Below are positions 25,415 through 34,074 of a DNA stretch of 64,000 nucleotides, piece by piece. The translations under genes and the position numbers were made by a program. Numbering within the stretch: the stretch's first letter is position 1; each line of letters begins with the position of its first letter. Origin of the DNA: a phage; sequence record PX880099.1. One strand, 5' to 3'. The notes under the pieces are model-generated. The model was given only the letters and a program-made list of their open reading frames with translations, was not told the origin of the DNA and did not search any database.

Positions 25415-25545
25415 GAAAGGTAATCATCACAATGGGGATCGTAGTAGCAACGCTGGCGCTTATCCCCTTCATGGTTGAACATGTGCTGATCAGTGTTGTC
25501 CTTGTAGTCAGTGACCTATTGGAAACGGTTGGCACCTGGTTTTAA
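25411..25545 (+). CDS. hydrophobic micro-protein (44 aa)
   Basis: Hand-translated MRKVIITMGIVVATLALIPFMVEHVLISVVLVV..., ATGA-coupled. Confidence 0.35.
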   Translation: MRKVIITMGIVVATLALIPFMVEHVLISVVLVVSDLLETVGTWF

Positions 25546-25719
25546 GATAATAAATAGGGCTTGCAATAGTCCTATTTTTTGTTATACTTATTGAACGGGC
25601 GGCACCTGGGAGCAGGTGAAGATAATCACCGGAAGATCCCGCTATATATCGATAGCTAATACCTATCAAACAACAAAACATCAAAGAGATAAACTATCAA
25701 ATCTTTACAATCCTACCTA

Positions 25720-25778
25720 TTGACACCGGATCACGCTTACATTATTATTTATCACGTAGGGCGGGAATGTTTCCCGCC
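25720..25778 (+). promoter_or_regulatory. PeSL-like cassette 22
   Basis: TTGACA-16/17-TATTAT, perfect hairpin GGCGGGAA-TGT-TTCCCGCC. Confidence 0.65.
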
Positions 25779-25796
25779 TGATTTAGGAGTCATATC

Positions 25797-26030
25797 ATGA
25801 TCGAACAAATTAAAAGCACTAAACCAAATGTTAACGGTAATGTTTCTCACTTTATCGGGGATAATGAAAGAGGTACACCGTACGCCGCCGTAACCGTTCA
25901 ACCGAACGGGGATTATTGGTTTACCGTGTACGGATCTTACTCTTTTGGACGTTCGGCACATGATAAGATCTTGCAAGTGGTTAAGCCTACTGGGAAGAAT
26001 ATCACAGCAGAAAAATTTTATAAAAAATAG
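25797..26030 (+). CDS. small early protein
   Basis: 77 aa ORF, SD AGGAG. Confidence 0.55.
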   Translation: MIEQIKSTKPNVNGNVSHFIGDNERGTPYAAVTVQPNGDYWFTVYGSYSFGRSAHDKILQVVKPTGKNITAEKFYKK

Positions 26031-26031
26031 C

Positions 26032-26089
26032 TTGCTTTATATACCCTGTTAACTTATAGTTATTGCGTAGGGCGAGCAATACAGCAAGC
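26032..26089 (+). promoter_or_regulatory. degenerate PeSL-like promoter
   Basis: TTGCTT-17-TATAGT; flanking inverted repeat GCTTGCT...AGCAAGC. Confidence 0.35.
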
Positions 26090-26108
26090 CCACAAAGAGG
26101 AAAATAAA

Positions 26109-26477
26109 ATGAGCAAATCAGCAATTAAAGCACTTGAAAAAGCACAAGAAGTGATCGCAACGTCAACCACTGGCGCAAAGGTTAATCTCGTTTGTTATCT
26201 GACAGATGAAACTATCCGTAAAAATTGGCGTAATGCTGATTTACTGGCTTGCTTATTGATTAATAGTGTCGCTAATGCTTTCCAGTGTGAAACAGCCGAG
26301 AGCCTGGAGGAAAACTTGTTTGATAATATGGATCAAGCCATTGAAACCTATATACAATCAAACCTGGATAGCTGGAACAGTAAAACATGGCCCGACAATT
26401 TACGCGATACAACTGATCAACTGATCCGCCTTGCCCTGATGGTTGAACGCGATAACGTTTACAACAGCACAAAGTAA
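26109..26477 (+). CDS. small early protein
   Basis: 122 aa ORF, SD AAGAGGAAAA. Confidence 0.55.
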   Translation: MSKSAIKALEKAQEVIATSTTGAKVNLVCYLTDETIRKNWRNADLLACLLINSVANAFQCETAESLEENLFDNMDQAIETYIQSNLDSWNSKTWPDNLRDTTDQLIRLALMVERDNVYNSTK

Positions 26478-26487
26478 GATTATACAA

Positions 26488-26507
26488 GGGCGCACTAAGC
26501 GCCCTTT
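26488..26507 (+). terminator. terminator-like hairpin
   Basis: GGGCGC-ACTAA-GCGCCC followed by TTT. Confidence 0.5.
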
Positions 26508-26542
26508 AACGTAAAGAAATGTAAATAATGCGCTATCCCCTA

Positions 26543-26571
26543 TTGACAGGGGATCGGCGTTATATTATATT
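26543..26571 (+). promoter_or_regulatory. sigma70-type promoter with palindrome over the -35
   Basis: TTGACA-17-TATATT; ATCCCCT-ATTGAC-AGGGGAT inverted repeat. Confidence 0.45.
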
Positions 26572-26616
26572 TAACTTACTGGCAGCAAACAACGAAACGA
26601 AACAAAGGACAACATC

Positions 26617-27036
26617 ATGAACATTAAATCAAATAATCCAGCTTACTCCTTCGATAACGCTTTTTGTCACGGTAGCGCCGCCAAAGGCTTCGAAATCGAT
26701 GGTAAATTGGTTATCGTGAACGTTGACGGGGAAGAGGTTGCAGTGTATCCGGTAAACGATGTTAAAAGCCGTTTACAATGCCGCATGGATGTTACCGCAT
26801 ATCAGCTTGATCCGGTCCGTGTAGTTGCCTTGGTGTTAGAGGAAGAGATCAAAGCAATGCATCACAGTAATAAGTTTATTGGTGACGCGCAGGATAATAT
26901 GAACGTTTGCCGCCATAAAGTTAATGAAGCATTGAAAGAATGCGGTTTTAAGGATCTGATGATTAAACGTGATGAAAAATTCCGCTTTCGTAATGACCTG
27001 GCAAACCGGATCTACTCAATCTATGAAGCGTTATAA
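26617..27036 (+). CDS. hypothetical protein
   Basis: 139 aa ORF, SD AAAGGACAA. Confidence 0.55.
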   Translation: MNIKSNNPAYSFDNAFCHGSAAKGFEIDGKLVIVNVDGEEVAVYPVNDVKSRLQCRMDVTAYQLDPVRVVALVLEEEIKAMHHSNKFIGDAQDNMNVCRHKVNEALKECGFKDLMIKRDEKFRFRNDLANRIYSIYEAL

Positions 27037-27051
27037 TTGACAACAAAACAA

Positions 27052-27077
27052 GGGCGCACCAAGCGCCCTTTCTTTTT
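27052..27077 (+). terminator. rho-independent terminator
   Basis: GGGCGC-ACCAA-GCGCCC followed by TTTCTTTTT; closes the PeSL gene cluster. Confidence 0.65.
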
Positions 27078-27283
27078 GCCCGAACAATATTGATAGCTTT
27101 CGCCTATGAAAAACCGACACAGAACAAAACTGAATAAATCGCGGTATCGAGCTAATCAACCAGCAAACGAATAACCATACCTCCCAGGGTTACAGGCTGT
27201 TAGAGAGCCATTTAGAGCGGTTAAAATCGATCAACAACCAACAACAAACCATCAAAAACACCCTTTTACCTCCTTTCTAGTGC

Positions 27284-27302
27284 AATGATAACCATTATCA
27301 TC
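27284..27302. promoter_or_regulatory. near-consensus Fur-box-like site
   Basis: AATGATAACCATTATCATC, 15 of 16 positions match the core of GATAATGATAATCATTATC. Confidence 0.4.
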
Positions 27303-28037
27303 TACCCATGATTATCTATGCAATATAAGCGCATAATTATAATGTTGATAATAGTTCGCAACAACTAACCAACAAACAACATAAAACAATAAGCAAACTA
27401 ATCATAATCAAAGGAATAATAGCAAGATGATTGATAACGACAAACAATCAAACCATGATGAATACTAAGCAAGATAACGATAACACGACAAAACAACCAA
27501 CTAACGAACAATAACAAACGAAACCATTAAAATAATAACTATTAGCAAAATAGTGCATGAATGAAATCATTACAAAACGAATCATTCATAGAGTCATCAT
27601 TAGCACGCTATGCCGGACACATAGCGAGCTAATAATAAGCCAACTACACCCCAACAATCATAACCATCGGTGATGGTTATTTCTTGTTACTGCGTAGCTT
27701 GCAATAATTGCAAGCGTAATGACGCTTACACTTATTGCGCTGGCTTATTATTAGCATTATATGTAATTACCAAGATCATAACATTAGCGCAATAACAATA
27801 ATCATTGTGGTAATTACGTAAGGAAACAATTAGCATGGCAATAATTATGGGGGCAATGGGAGGATGATTATCATCATTCCGATACATTGCACACTATGCA
27901 CATAATAGAATAAAAAGCAATAATTTTGGGGGCGAAATGTTACCGCCACAGGCGGGAATGTTGAGCAAGTTCTCTTAAACGTAAATAAAATCAGAATAAT
28001 CTTGATTTATTTTAGTTTTTATGTTAATAAACGTTTA

Positions 28038-28056
28038 AATAATAATCATTCTCATA
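28038..28056. promoter_or_regulatory. AATGAnAAT..ATTCTCAT motif copy
   Basis: AATAATAATCATTCTCATA. Confidence 0.35.
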
Positions 28057-28215
28057 TAAATAATAGTCTGCTTGTCATGAGCGGGATTAGTTGACAATGT
28101 TCCGTCATATGATGAGGTTGCCAAGCCATTGATAAATAAGTGTTTGTGTGATTTATAATCAGGTGGCCCACCTTGTCGCTATGTTGGCATGAGCCTTGCA
28201 TAAGTCATTGAATAC

Positions 28216-28236
28216 GAATGATAATTATTCTCATTC
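28216..28236. promoter_or_regulatory. palindromic AATGAnAAT..ATTCTCAT motif copy
   Basis: GAATGA-TAATTATTC-TCATTC. Confidence 0.4.
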
Positions 28237-28576
28237 GCATGATATTTGGGAATTGTCGCTGCGTGGACCTGACGGCCCGAAAATTCGCGTTAAGCACTTC
28301 TTACGTATGCACCATGATTTTTGCCATATCATATTGATTCTATTAGATATTCTTGCCATGATTGCCATGAAACAGGGTGTCCCGAAATAATCTCTCCCCG
28401 TAGATATTTTGGGTTACTTTTTATACAAGAGTGGGGTGTCAAAAATAATCGGTATATATGGGATAATTGATAGGAATCCCCTATGATAATTCGATTGTAA
28501 TTCCCTAAGATTGATCGTATGATGTTGGTGATTAATGATTGCCATGAAAGATGGCTAACGATGAGAGGAGATTATC

Positions 28577-28951
28577 ATGCAAGAGAGTAAAAATGTTCCG
28601 TTGAGCAGTGCAACATTGCTTCGCTTCTATAAAGCATGGATTGCCAACTATCCTGCAATGAATCGCACAACGAGTGGCTTATGTGGTTGTCTGGTAGATT
28701 ATGTAGATGATTTTGTTGGTGAGACAACTAGAGAAGAAGATAGAAGATGGCGTGATCATTTGTTGGACCGTTTGAAATATGAAATGAGGAAACAATTTAC
28801 ATGTGCAGGGTTGGACTACAATCTTCCGTTCAATGCAGATTGCATGGATTACCTTTCAGAGTGTATAAACTTGGCGTGTCATACCAACACGTTACGTCTT
28901 CAATGGGTGAAAGACAGAATTGAAGATGCAAATAATGCTTGCATTGAATAA
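28577..28951 (+). CDS. paralog family A member 1
   Basis: FYKAWI...GLCGCL...NLPF...RLQWVKDRI shared with four other genes. Confidence 0.6.
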   Translation: MQESKNVPLSSATLLRFYKAWIANYPAMNRTTSGLCGCLVDYVDDFVGETTREEDRRWRDHLLDRLKYEMRKQFTCAGLDYNLPFNADCMDYLSECINLACHTNTLRLQWVKDRIEDANNACIE

Positions 28952-29000
28952 AGATGTTTGTATAATGGATGACATAACAGATAGCCAATGAGGAGATGAA

Positions 29001-29210
29001 ATGAAGAATTTGAAAACTGTCACAATGTTCTTGACTAATCCTACACGTGTGCAAGCACTGGCTAAAGCCAGCCGTGTAGCTGTAGAATTCCAAAACTTTA
29101 AGCCGTCCGTTGTGACAGGCAGTGAAACGTGTGTTATCGATTTCATTAACGAATACTTCCGAGGGAATCCGGTTGGTCGTTACTTTATTAAGGGTCTGAA
29201 GGATGCATAG
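29001..29210 (+). CDS. hypothetical protein
   Basis: 69 aa ORF, SD GAGGAG. Confidence 0.5.
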   Translation: MKNLKTVTMFLTNPTRVQALAKASRVAVEFQNFKPSVVTGSETCVIDFINEYFRGNPVGRYFIKGLKDA

Positions 29211-29211
29211 C

Positions 29212-29433
29212 ATGAAACGCATGAAAATTCGTATTGAGAATGATGGTGGTTATAAAGGACTTACCCGTGCAAAATTCCCACTTGTGTTGGAAGCTACGGT
29301 GGAATACAGTGGGCTTGCTCATGTGCGATTCTCGAAGATGATGGAAGTGCAGGAATGGTTTTGGGACGAGATAGATGCACGAGAAGGGGAAGATTATGTT
29401 TTCTTTCCTCACGAATATGAAATTGTTTATTAA
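29212..29433 (+). CDS. hypothetical protein
   Basis: ATG (MKRMKIR) after AAGGA. Confidence 0.45.
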   Translation: MKRMKIRIENDGGYKGLTRAKFPLVLEATVEYSGLAHVRFSKMMEVQEWFWDEIDAREGEDYVFFPHEYEIVY

Positions 29434-29445
29434 AGGTTGTATGCA

Positions 29446-29685
29446 ATGATCACACCACAACAAAATGAAGCAGCAATGGATCTTCTTGATAGTTTGTATT
29501 TCGATAATTGGTACTCTGAATGTGAATGGATGAATATGCAAACTCTGAAAGAGAAGACAAAAGCGTTGATTACAGTAGATCAATTTCTTGCAGAGACGGA
29601 AAGAATGAATTATGATATGGCATCTCGCGCACGACGCGTTTCCATTTTCAATAAAATGTTAGCATTATGGGGAGGTAGAAAATGA
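29446..29685 (+). CDS. hypothetical protein
   Basis: ATG (MITPQQN); track start is TTG. Confidence 0.45.
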   Translation: MITPQQNEAAMDLLDSLYFDNWYSECEWMNMQTLKEKTKALITVDQFLAETERMNYDMASRARRVSIFNKMLALWGGRK

Positions 29686-30143
29686 GACAATTCACTATAC
29701 TGGCAGCTTATGTGCAATGTGTTCACGATTATGTTAGTGCTCATACAGGTTTGCTGGAAGTTACCAGTAAAATTGAAGGTAATATGGGTACTGTCTGTGT
29801 GCAACATACTTTATCCAATGTGCCGTTTAAAGTGTTCACTGTTGTAGCTGCCGATTACAATCGTGTAGATGTGCGTTTCTTGGATCATAATTTTCGTAAC
29901 GCACTAGATAATATCGAAGATTATCTTCCCGTGAAACCTTTGTCATTTCCACCAAGTCGTGCAAATAATGTAGTGACAAATCTTAATGAAAGAAATGTGG
30001 CTATGCACAAAAAAGTCCGTCAACTGAAAATGCTGATGGAAATGCAAGAAGAGATTGAAAAAGAACTGAAAGAAGATTTTGGTATGCTTCCAAAAGACGC
30101 TTTGAAATGGTATGATGAACTAGGAGGAGAAAGTTATGAATAA
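29682..30143 (+). CDS. hypothetical protein
   Basis: 153 aa ORF, SD GGGGAGG. Confidence 0.55.
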   Translation: MRQFTILAAYVQCVHDYVSAHTGLLEVTSKIEGNMGTVCVQHTLSNVPFKVFTVVAADYNRVDVRFLDHNFRNALDNIEDYLPVKPLSFPPSRANNVVTNLNERNVAMHKKVRQLKMLMEMQEEIEKELKEDFGMLPKDALKWYDELGGESYE

Positions 30144-30330
30144 AGGAACTACTGTATATTTAGTGACTAAGAACACCCCAGGTTGGAATCAGTGCACAAC
30201 GACTCCATATAAGATTTGTGCAACACTGGAACTAGCACAACGTGCAGAAGCGGAAGTTGATGCTATGCGATACAGCTACGGGGAGATCATTCCTTTCACT
30301 CTGGAACAAGAAGGAGCACATAGTGTTTAA
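30136..30330 (+). CDS. stand-alone copy of the family-B C-terminal module
   Basis: VYLVTK...LELAQRAEAE...YGEIIPF resembles C-termini of the four family-B genes. Confidence 0.5.
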   Translation: MNKGTTVYLVTKNTPGWNQCTTTPYKICATLELAQRAEAEVDAMRYSYGEIIPFTLEQEGAHSV

Positions 30331-30778
30331 GGTAGGGTTTACTTATAAATTCAAAAGCGTTGCTGACCAAGGAGATATGGCAACACATGACAAAGCAAAT
30401 ATTGCTGTTTGCCAAGCGATTGGAAACGAAGTTTTCAAAGTTATGAATACAGATGATAAGTATGGTCATGTTCTTGAGTTTTATATCAATGGTACCCTCT
30501 ATACAGCAGGTGTTACCCCAGGGTTTAATTCGTATACTTATTTGATTGATAACGAAGAATTTAAATATTTTGAAGAAGTAAAGGAGGAAACAATGGGTAA
30601 AGCAGAACCACAATGGCATGTTGTGATCGTAGGATCAGAGTGTGTAGATGTTTGTTCTAGTTTTGAAAAAGCTTCTGAAGTCGCTACAAAAGCTAAGAAG
30701 GACTATCCGTCGAAGACGGTTGAGATTTACGCTCGTGTTGCAGTAGCAAACGCCACAATCACTATTGATAAGGAGTAA
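30323..30778 (+). CDS. paralog family B member 1 (GTG start)
   Basis: N-terminus (M)FKVGFTYKFKS after AAGGAG; conserved C-terminal VEIYARV. Confidence 0.55.
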   Translation: MFKVGFTYKFKSVADQGDMATHDKANIAVCQAIGNEVFKVMNTDDKYGHVLEFYINGTLYTAGVTPGFNSYTYLIDNEEFKYFEEVKEETMGKAEPQWHVVIVGSECVDVCSSFEKASEVATKAKKDYPSKTVEIYARVAVANATITIDKE

Positions 30779-30783
30779 AGCCA

Positions 30784-31242
30784 ATGTTCAAAGAAGGTCA
30801 TGTCTACCGTTTCCAGGATGAGGATTATATGCGACTATATTCTACCTTTGATAACAGTATTGCGGCTATCATTGGAGAGAATTTTTTCGAGGTGTTGAGC
30901 ACTGATGCAAATGGTAATATCTTGTCAATGGTTGTAATAGGTATGAGAGATGGTATTATCACTGCTGGTGATGGGGATCGTTACATAATCAATTCTGCTC
31001 ATATAGATTATTTTGTTGACGGTGGTGTTCGTGGTGGTCGTGGAAAACCCCAAGAAGAACCTGTTGATACGACAAAAGAAGAGTGGTATGTTGTAATGAC
31101 TGATGACACCTGTATTTCTGGATTTGAAAGTTATGAAGAAGCTTTGAAAGAAGCAGCAGAGCATAAAATGGCTAATCCTACAGAAGAGGTTGAAGTTTAT
31201 AAACGTCTGGTTGTTGCTACCATCGGCGTATCTTTTGTTTAA
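30784..31242 (+). CDS. paralog family B member 2
   Basis: MFKEGHVYRFQ...VEVYKRL. Confidence 0.55.
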   Translation: MFKEGHVYRFQDEDYMRLYSTFDNSIAAIIGENFFEVLSTDANGNILSMVVIGMRDGIITAGDGDRYIINSAHIDYFVDGGVRGGRGKPQEEPVDTTKEEWYVVMTDDTCISGFESYEEALKEAAEHKMANPTEEVEVYKRLVVATIGVSFV

Positions 31243-31254
31243 AAGGGGAATGTT

Positions 31255-32040
31255 ATGTTTAAAGTAGGTTTTGTTTATAATTTCAAATCGGAAGATACCA
31301 AAAAGAATTTTGGTAAAGCTAGTATTCGTAACGCTTTCTTTGTAGGTTGCATTCAAGATAGCAAGTTTAAAGTTTTAGATGTTGATTTTCTAGGTTCTGT
31401 GTCAAAGGTGAAGGTATTAGACACAAATAAGATCATCGAAGGTAGTTCTGGGCTTTTTCCTGAAGGCTATAAGCTTGTAAGTTGTATAGATTATAGTCGT
31501 TTTGAAGAACATCCTCCTGAAGATTATGAGGATTCTCCTACAGGAGGTTGTGTCTTTGTAGAAGGTGGTGTCTATAAGTTTGCAAGTGAACAAGATCGTA
31601 AGCTTTTCGCCAATTATATTGACGGCGGACAAACGACAAACAATGTAAACCGAAAAATTTCCGATCTTATTGGAGATGATCCTTTCGTGATCACAAAGAT
31701 GGTTGGACAAGATGTAACAGCAATCCGTAGGCTTGTATGTAATACAAATCATGTAGCAGGTGAAGGTTGGTTCAAAGAAGCTTGTGCACTGCTAATCAAA
31801 AGCGATAACCCTTACTTTAAAAATATTAAAAATGCTGTTGAGCCTAAACAAGAGGAACCCGCAGCGAATTTTAAACACTATGCTATTGTTAAAGGTATGA
31901 ATGTCCAACTGGTGTCACATTCTTACGAAGAGATCGCCACAGAAGCAAAAAAGATGAAGGAAGAATACCCAATTTCTACTGTTGAGATCTATGAGCGTAT
32001 TGGTGTTGTTAGTATTGAGCCTACTGCGGTAATAAAATAA
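31255..32040 (+). CDS. paralog family B member 3 (internally duplicated)
   Basis: MFKVGFVYNFKS...GGVYKFAS...VEIYERI. Confidence 0.55.
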   Translation: MFKVGFVYNFKSEDTKKNFGKASIRNAFFVGCIQDSKFKVLDVDFLGSVSKVKVLDTNKIIEGSSGLFPEGYKLVSCIDYSRFEEHPPEDYEDSPTGGCVFVEGGVYKFASEQDRKLFANYIDGGQTTNNVNRKISDLIGDDPFVITKMVGQDVTAIRRLVCNTNHVAGEGWFKEACALLIKSDNPYFKNIKNAVEPKQEEPAANFKHYAIVKGMNVQLVSHSYEEIATEAKKMKEEYPISTVEIYERIGVVSIEPTAVIK

Positions 32041-32049
32041 GGAGCTATT

Positions 32050-32487
32050 ATGTTCAAAGCTAATGCTGTTTACTGTTTCAAAAGTAAAGCTGCCTGTGAA
32101 GCTTTCTCTGTGATCTCGGATGAAAATTTCAAAATGGCAGCTTTGATTGAAGGGTCTTGTTTCCGCGTCGAAGATGTTAGTGAATCAGGGTCTGTTTGCT
32201 CATTGACTTTATTGGACAGCGGGGATATTATTGAAGCTGGACAGTATCCGTTCAGAAGTTGGGAGATATTGTTAGCTCGCGGAGAGCGTAACTTTTTTAT
32301 GTGTGTGTCTGCGGGGGAAGTTGTGAAAGAAACTAATGATGTTTCTGTTTACAATTCTGAATTTATAAGTTATAGTGAGTATCAACATCTGGAAGGCATT
32401 GTTGGTCACTTGTTATCTCTGATTGACGTTGAATGTGACCTGCCTGAATCATTGAAAGAAGAATTGAAAGCATTAGATCTGTTATAA
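32050..32487 (+). CDS. paralog family B member 4
   Basis: MFKANAVYCFKS... Confidence 0.55.
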   Translation: MFKANAVYCFKSKAACEAFSVISDENFKMAALIEGSCFRVEDVSESGSVCSLTLLDSGDIIEAGQYPFRSWEILLARGERNFFMCVSAGEVVKETNDVSVYNSEFISYSEYQHLEGIVGHLLSLIDVECDLPESLKEELKALDLL

Positions 32488-32514
32488 TGTTTCGCACAAC
32501 GAAAGGAGAATAAG

Positions 32515-32814
32515 ATGAATCTGACCGAACAGTTACGCCGTATTGCAAAAGAAACTTCCTTCAACTTCCCTGTTGAAGAAGTGATCGAGACATGTTTTGC
32601 TGAAGCACGAGCGGGAAACTTTTCAAGGAATTTCACGCCCTCTGATTTTGGTCTGGATAATTCCCCTACCCACCCAGGGGAGATCTACAATCAGGTGAAG
32701 TGGATGGATGAAGCAGTAGCAATTCTTCGTGAGCGTGGGCTTATTGTTTATAAAGAAATGGATCTGAATGGGGCATACGAGTGGATCACTATTGACTGGT
32801 CGGAGGTGAAATAA
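32515..32814 (+). CDS. hypothetical protein
   Basis: 99 aa ORF, SD AAAGGAGAA. Confidence 0.55.
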   Translation: MNLTEQLRRIAKETSFNFPVEEVIETCFAEARAGNFSRNFTPSDFGLDNSPTHPGEIYNQVKWMDEAVAILRERGLIVYKEMDLNGAYEWITIDWSEVK

Positions 32815-33023
32815 TGGTTACTATCACATTGACAGTTACACAAGAGCAAGCAGAAGAATTACGTGATGCAGTAGCATATATGGGGCGCTCTTATTATATG
32901 CCTCATAAATCACAAGATGTTTTTGCTACAGCCGTTGAGAAAGCTTTAAACAAATACCGAGAAACTCATGCCGTTCCTAAAGTATCAGTAGAAGAGTTTG
33001 GCACTTGGCACGAAGTTCACTAA
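32814..33023 (+). CDS. hypothetical protein
   Basis: 69 aa ORF, SD GGAGGTG. Confidence 0.5.
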   Translation: MVTITLTVTQEQAEELRDAVAYMGRSYYMPHKSQDVFATAVEKALNKYRETHAVPKVSVEEFGTWHEVH

Positions 33024-33033
33024 GGAGGTTTCG

Positions 33034-33267
33034 ATGAAAGGTAACAAGATGAAAGTTAATCAGGTACCGAGCGCATACACTCTGTGGCTTGCGCGAGCGT
33101 TAAACCAGACGATCAAAAATCCTAAGAAGCCAATGAAGAGTGGGAAGAAGTTTATGTCTAAGGGCAAAACAACCTTTGGCTTCACTCGTATGTCTGTTAA
33201 GATGAAAAGACTGGGGTATAAGCCAAACTACGCTCGTTACCCTTCCGAATACAACTGGTTTGATTAA
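33034..33267 (+). CDS. small basic protein
   Basis: ATG (MKGNKMKV) after AAGGAGG. Confidence 0.5.
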   Translation: MKGNKMKVNQVPSAYTLWLARALNQTIKNPKKPMKSGKKFMSKGKTTFGFTRMSVKMKRLGYKPNYARYPSEYNWFD

Positions 33268-33282
33268 AGAGGAGAACAAAAC

Positions 33283-33567
33283 ATGAAAACATCTATTCGC
33301 GTGAAACATGATCCAAACAGCAGTTACCCATACGCGTATGTTGAACGTCATGAAGGAGACTATTACACCATAAAACGTAAAGTCCCAACTGATACAGGGT
33401 TTAACTTCGATGTTATCGCACTGGATGATCAAGGTGTTGATAATCTGGTGAACGCATTACTCGCATTGAAGGAAGTACGACATGAAAATCAGACTAAAGG
33501 TAAAGTGGCTTTCGATTCTTGTGATCGTTTAGCCGAAGAGATTGCCGAATGGCGTGACACTAACTAA
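33283..33567 (+). CDS. hypothetical protein
   Basis: 94 aa ORF, SD AAGAGGAGAA. Confidence 0.55.
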   Translation: MKTSIRVKHDPNSSYPYAYVERHEGDYYTIKRKVPTDTGFNFDVIALDDQGVDNLVNALLALKEVRHENQTKGKVAFDSCDRLAEEIAEWRDTN

Positions 33568-33582
33568 AACAGGAGAAAGATT

Positions 33583-33759
33583 ATGGCTACTTTTCAACAA
33601 CTGAAAGATGTTTCACGTTTAGTAAGAAAAATCCGAGAAGCAGACGCTGCTGTGCGAAATGCACTAACGCCAGCAGAGCGTGAAGATCTTGAAGAGGAGG
33701 TGAAAACAGCCGAGAATGCTTTTGCTGCGTATCTTTCAACACTGTATACAGGAGGTTAA
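33583..33759 (+). CDS. small protein (58 aa)
   Basis: Hand-translated MATFQQLKDVSRLVRKIREAD..., SD CAGGAGAAAG. Confidence 0.45.
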   Translation: MATFQQLKDVSRLVRKIREADAAVRNALTPAEREDLEEEVKTAENAFAAYLSTLYTGG

Positions 33760-34074
33760 ATGTCAGAAGAACTTAAAGAATTTTATCAGGCATATCATAA
33801 CTGGCTATTAGCTGGTGCTCCAGATAATAATCCTTTCTGGCATGATAAAGGGTTATGTAGCTGCCTATATCTTTGGTCTGGTGGTTATGATGACCTAAAT
33901 TATGAAATGCAAATGCAATTCCGCGAAGCAGGTTTGTCTGAAGAATACCCGTTTGATGATGGGGATTGGTTTAAATATGATTTTGCACAAAGAAACGGGC
34001 TGCTACATTTGAATGCTGCTCGTATAAAATGGGTAAAAGATCATGTCACACAGGAGGATGTGCAATGCCTATAG
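33760..34074 (+). CDS. paralog family A member 2
   Basis: FYQAYHNWL...GLCSCL...EYPF...RIKWVKDHV. Confidence 0.6.
   Translation: MSEELKEFYQAYHNWLLAGAPDNNPFWHDKGLCSCLYLWSGGYDDLNYEMQMQFREAGLSEEYPFDDGDWFKYDFAQRNGLLHLNAARIKWVKDHVTQEDVQCL

Larger units (their letters stand above)
27080..28576. other. 1.5-kb non-coding region, strand-asymmetric (A/C-rich, G/T-poor top strand over about 27100-27900)
   Basis: No ORF of 60 aa or more on either strand across 27080-28195; repeated GATAA/ACAA words; Fur-box-like sites. Confidence 0.6.

Noticed and set aside
16174-26090. Regularly recurring about 20-bp GC repeats that could be mistaken for a CRISPR array
   Set aside because: Repeats are 300-600 bp apart, each is embedded in a promoter-leader context and followed by an ORF with SD; the repeat is a hairpin with compensatory variation, not a fixed direct repeat with short spacers.
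28196-28390. 64-aa ORF inside the 1.5-kb non-coding tract
   Set aside because: No SD, sits among palindromic motif sites, histidine-rich low-complexity product.
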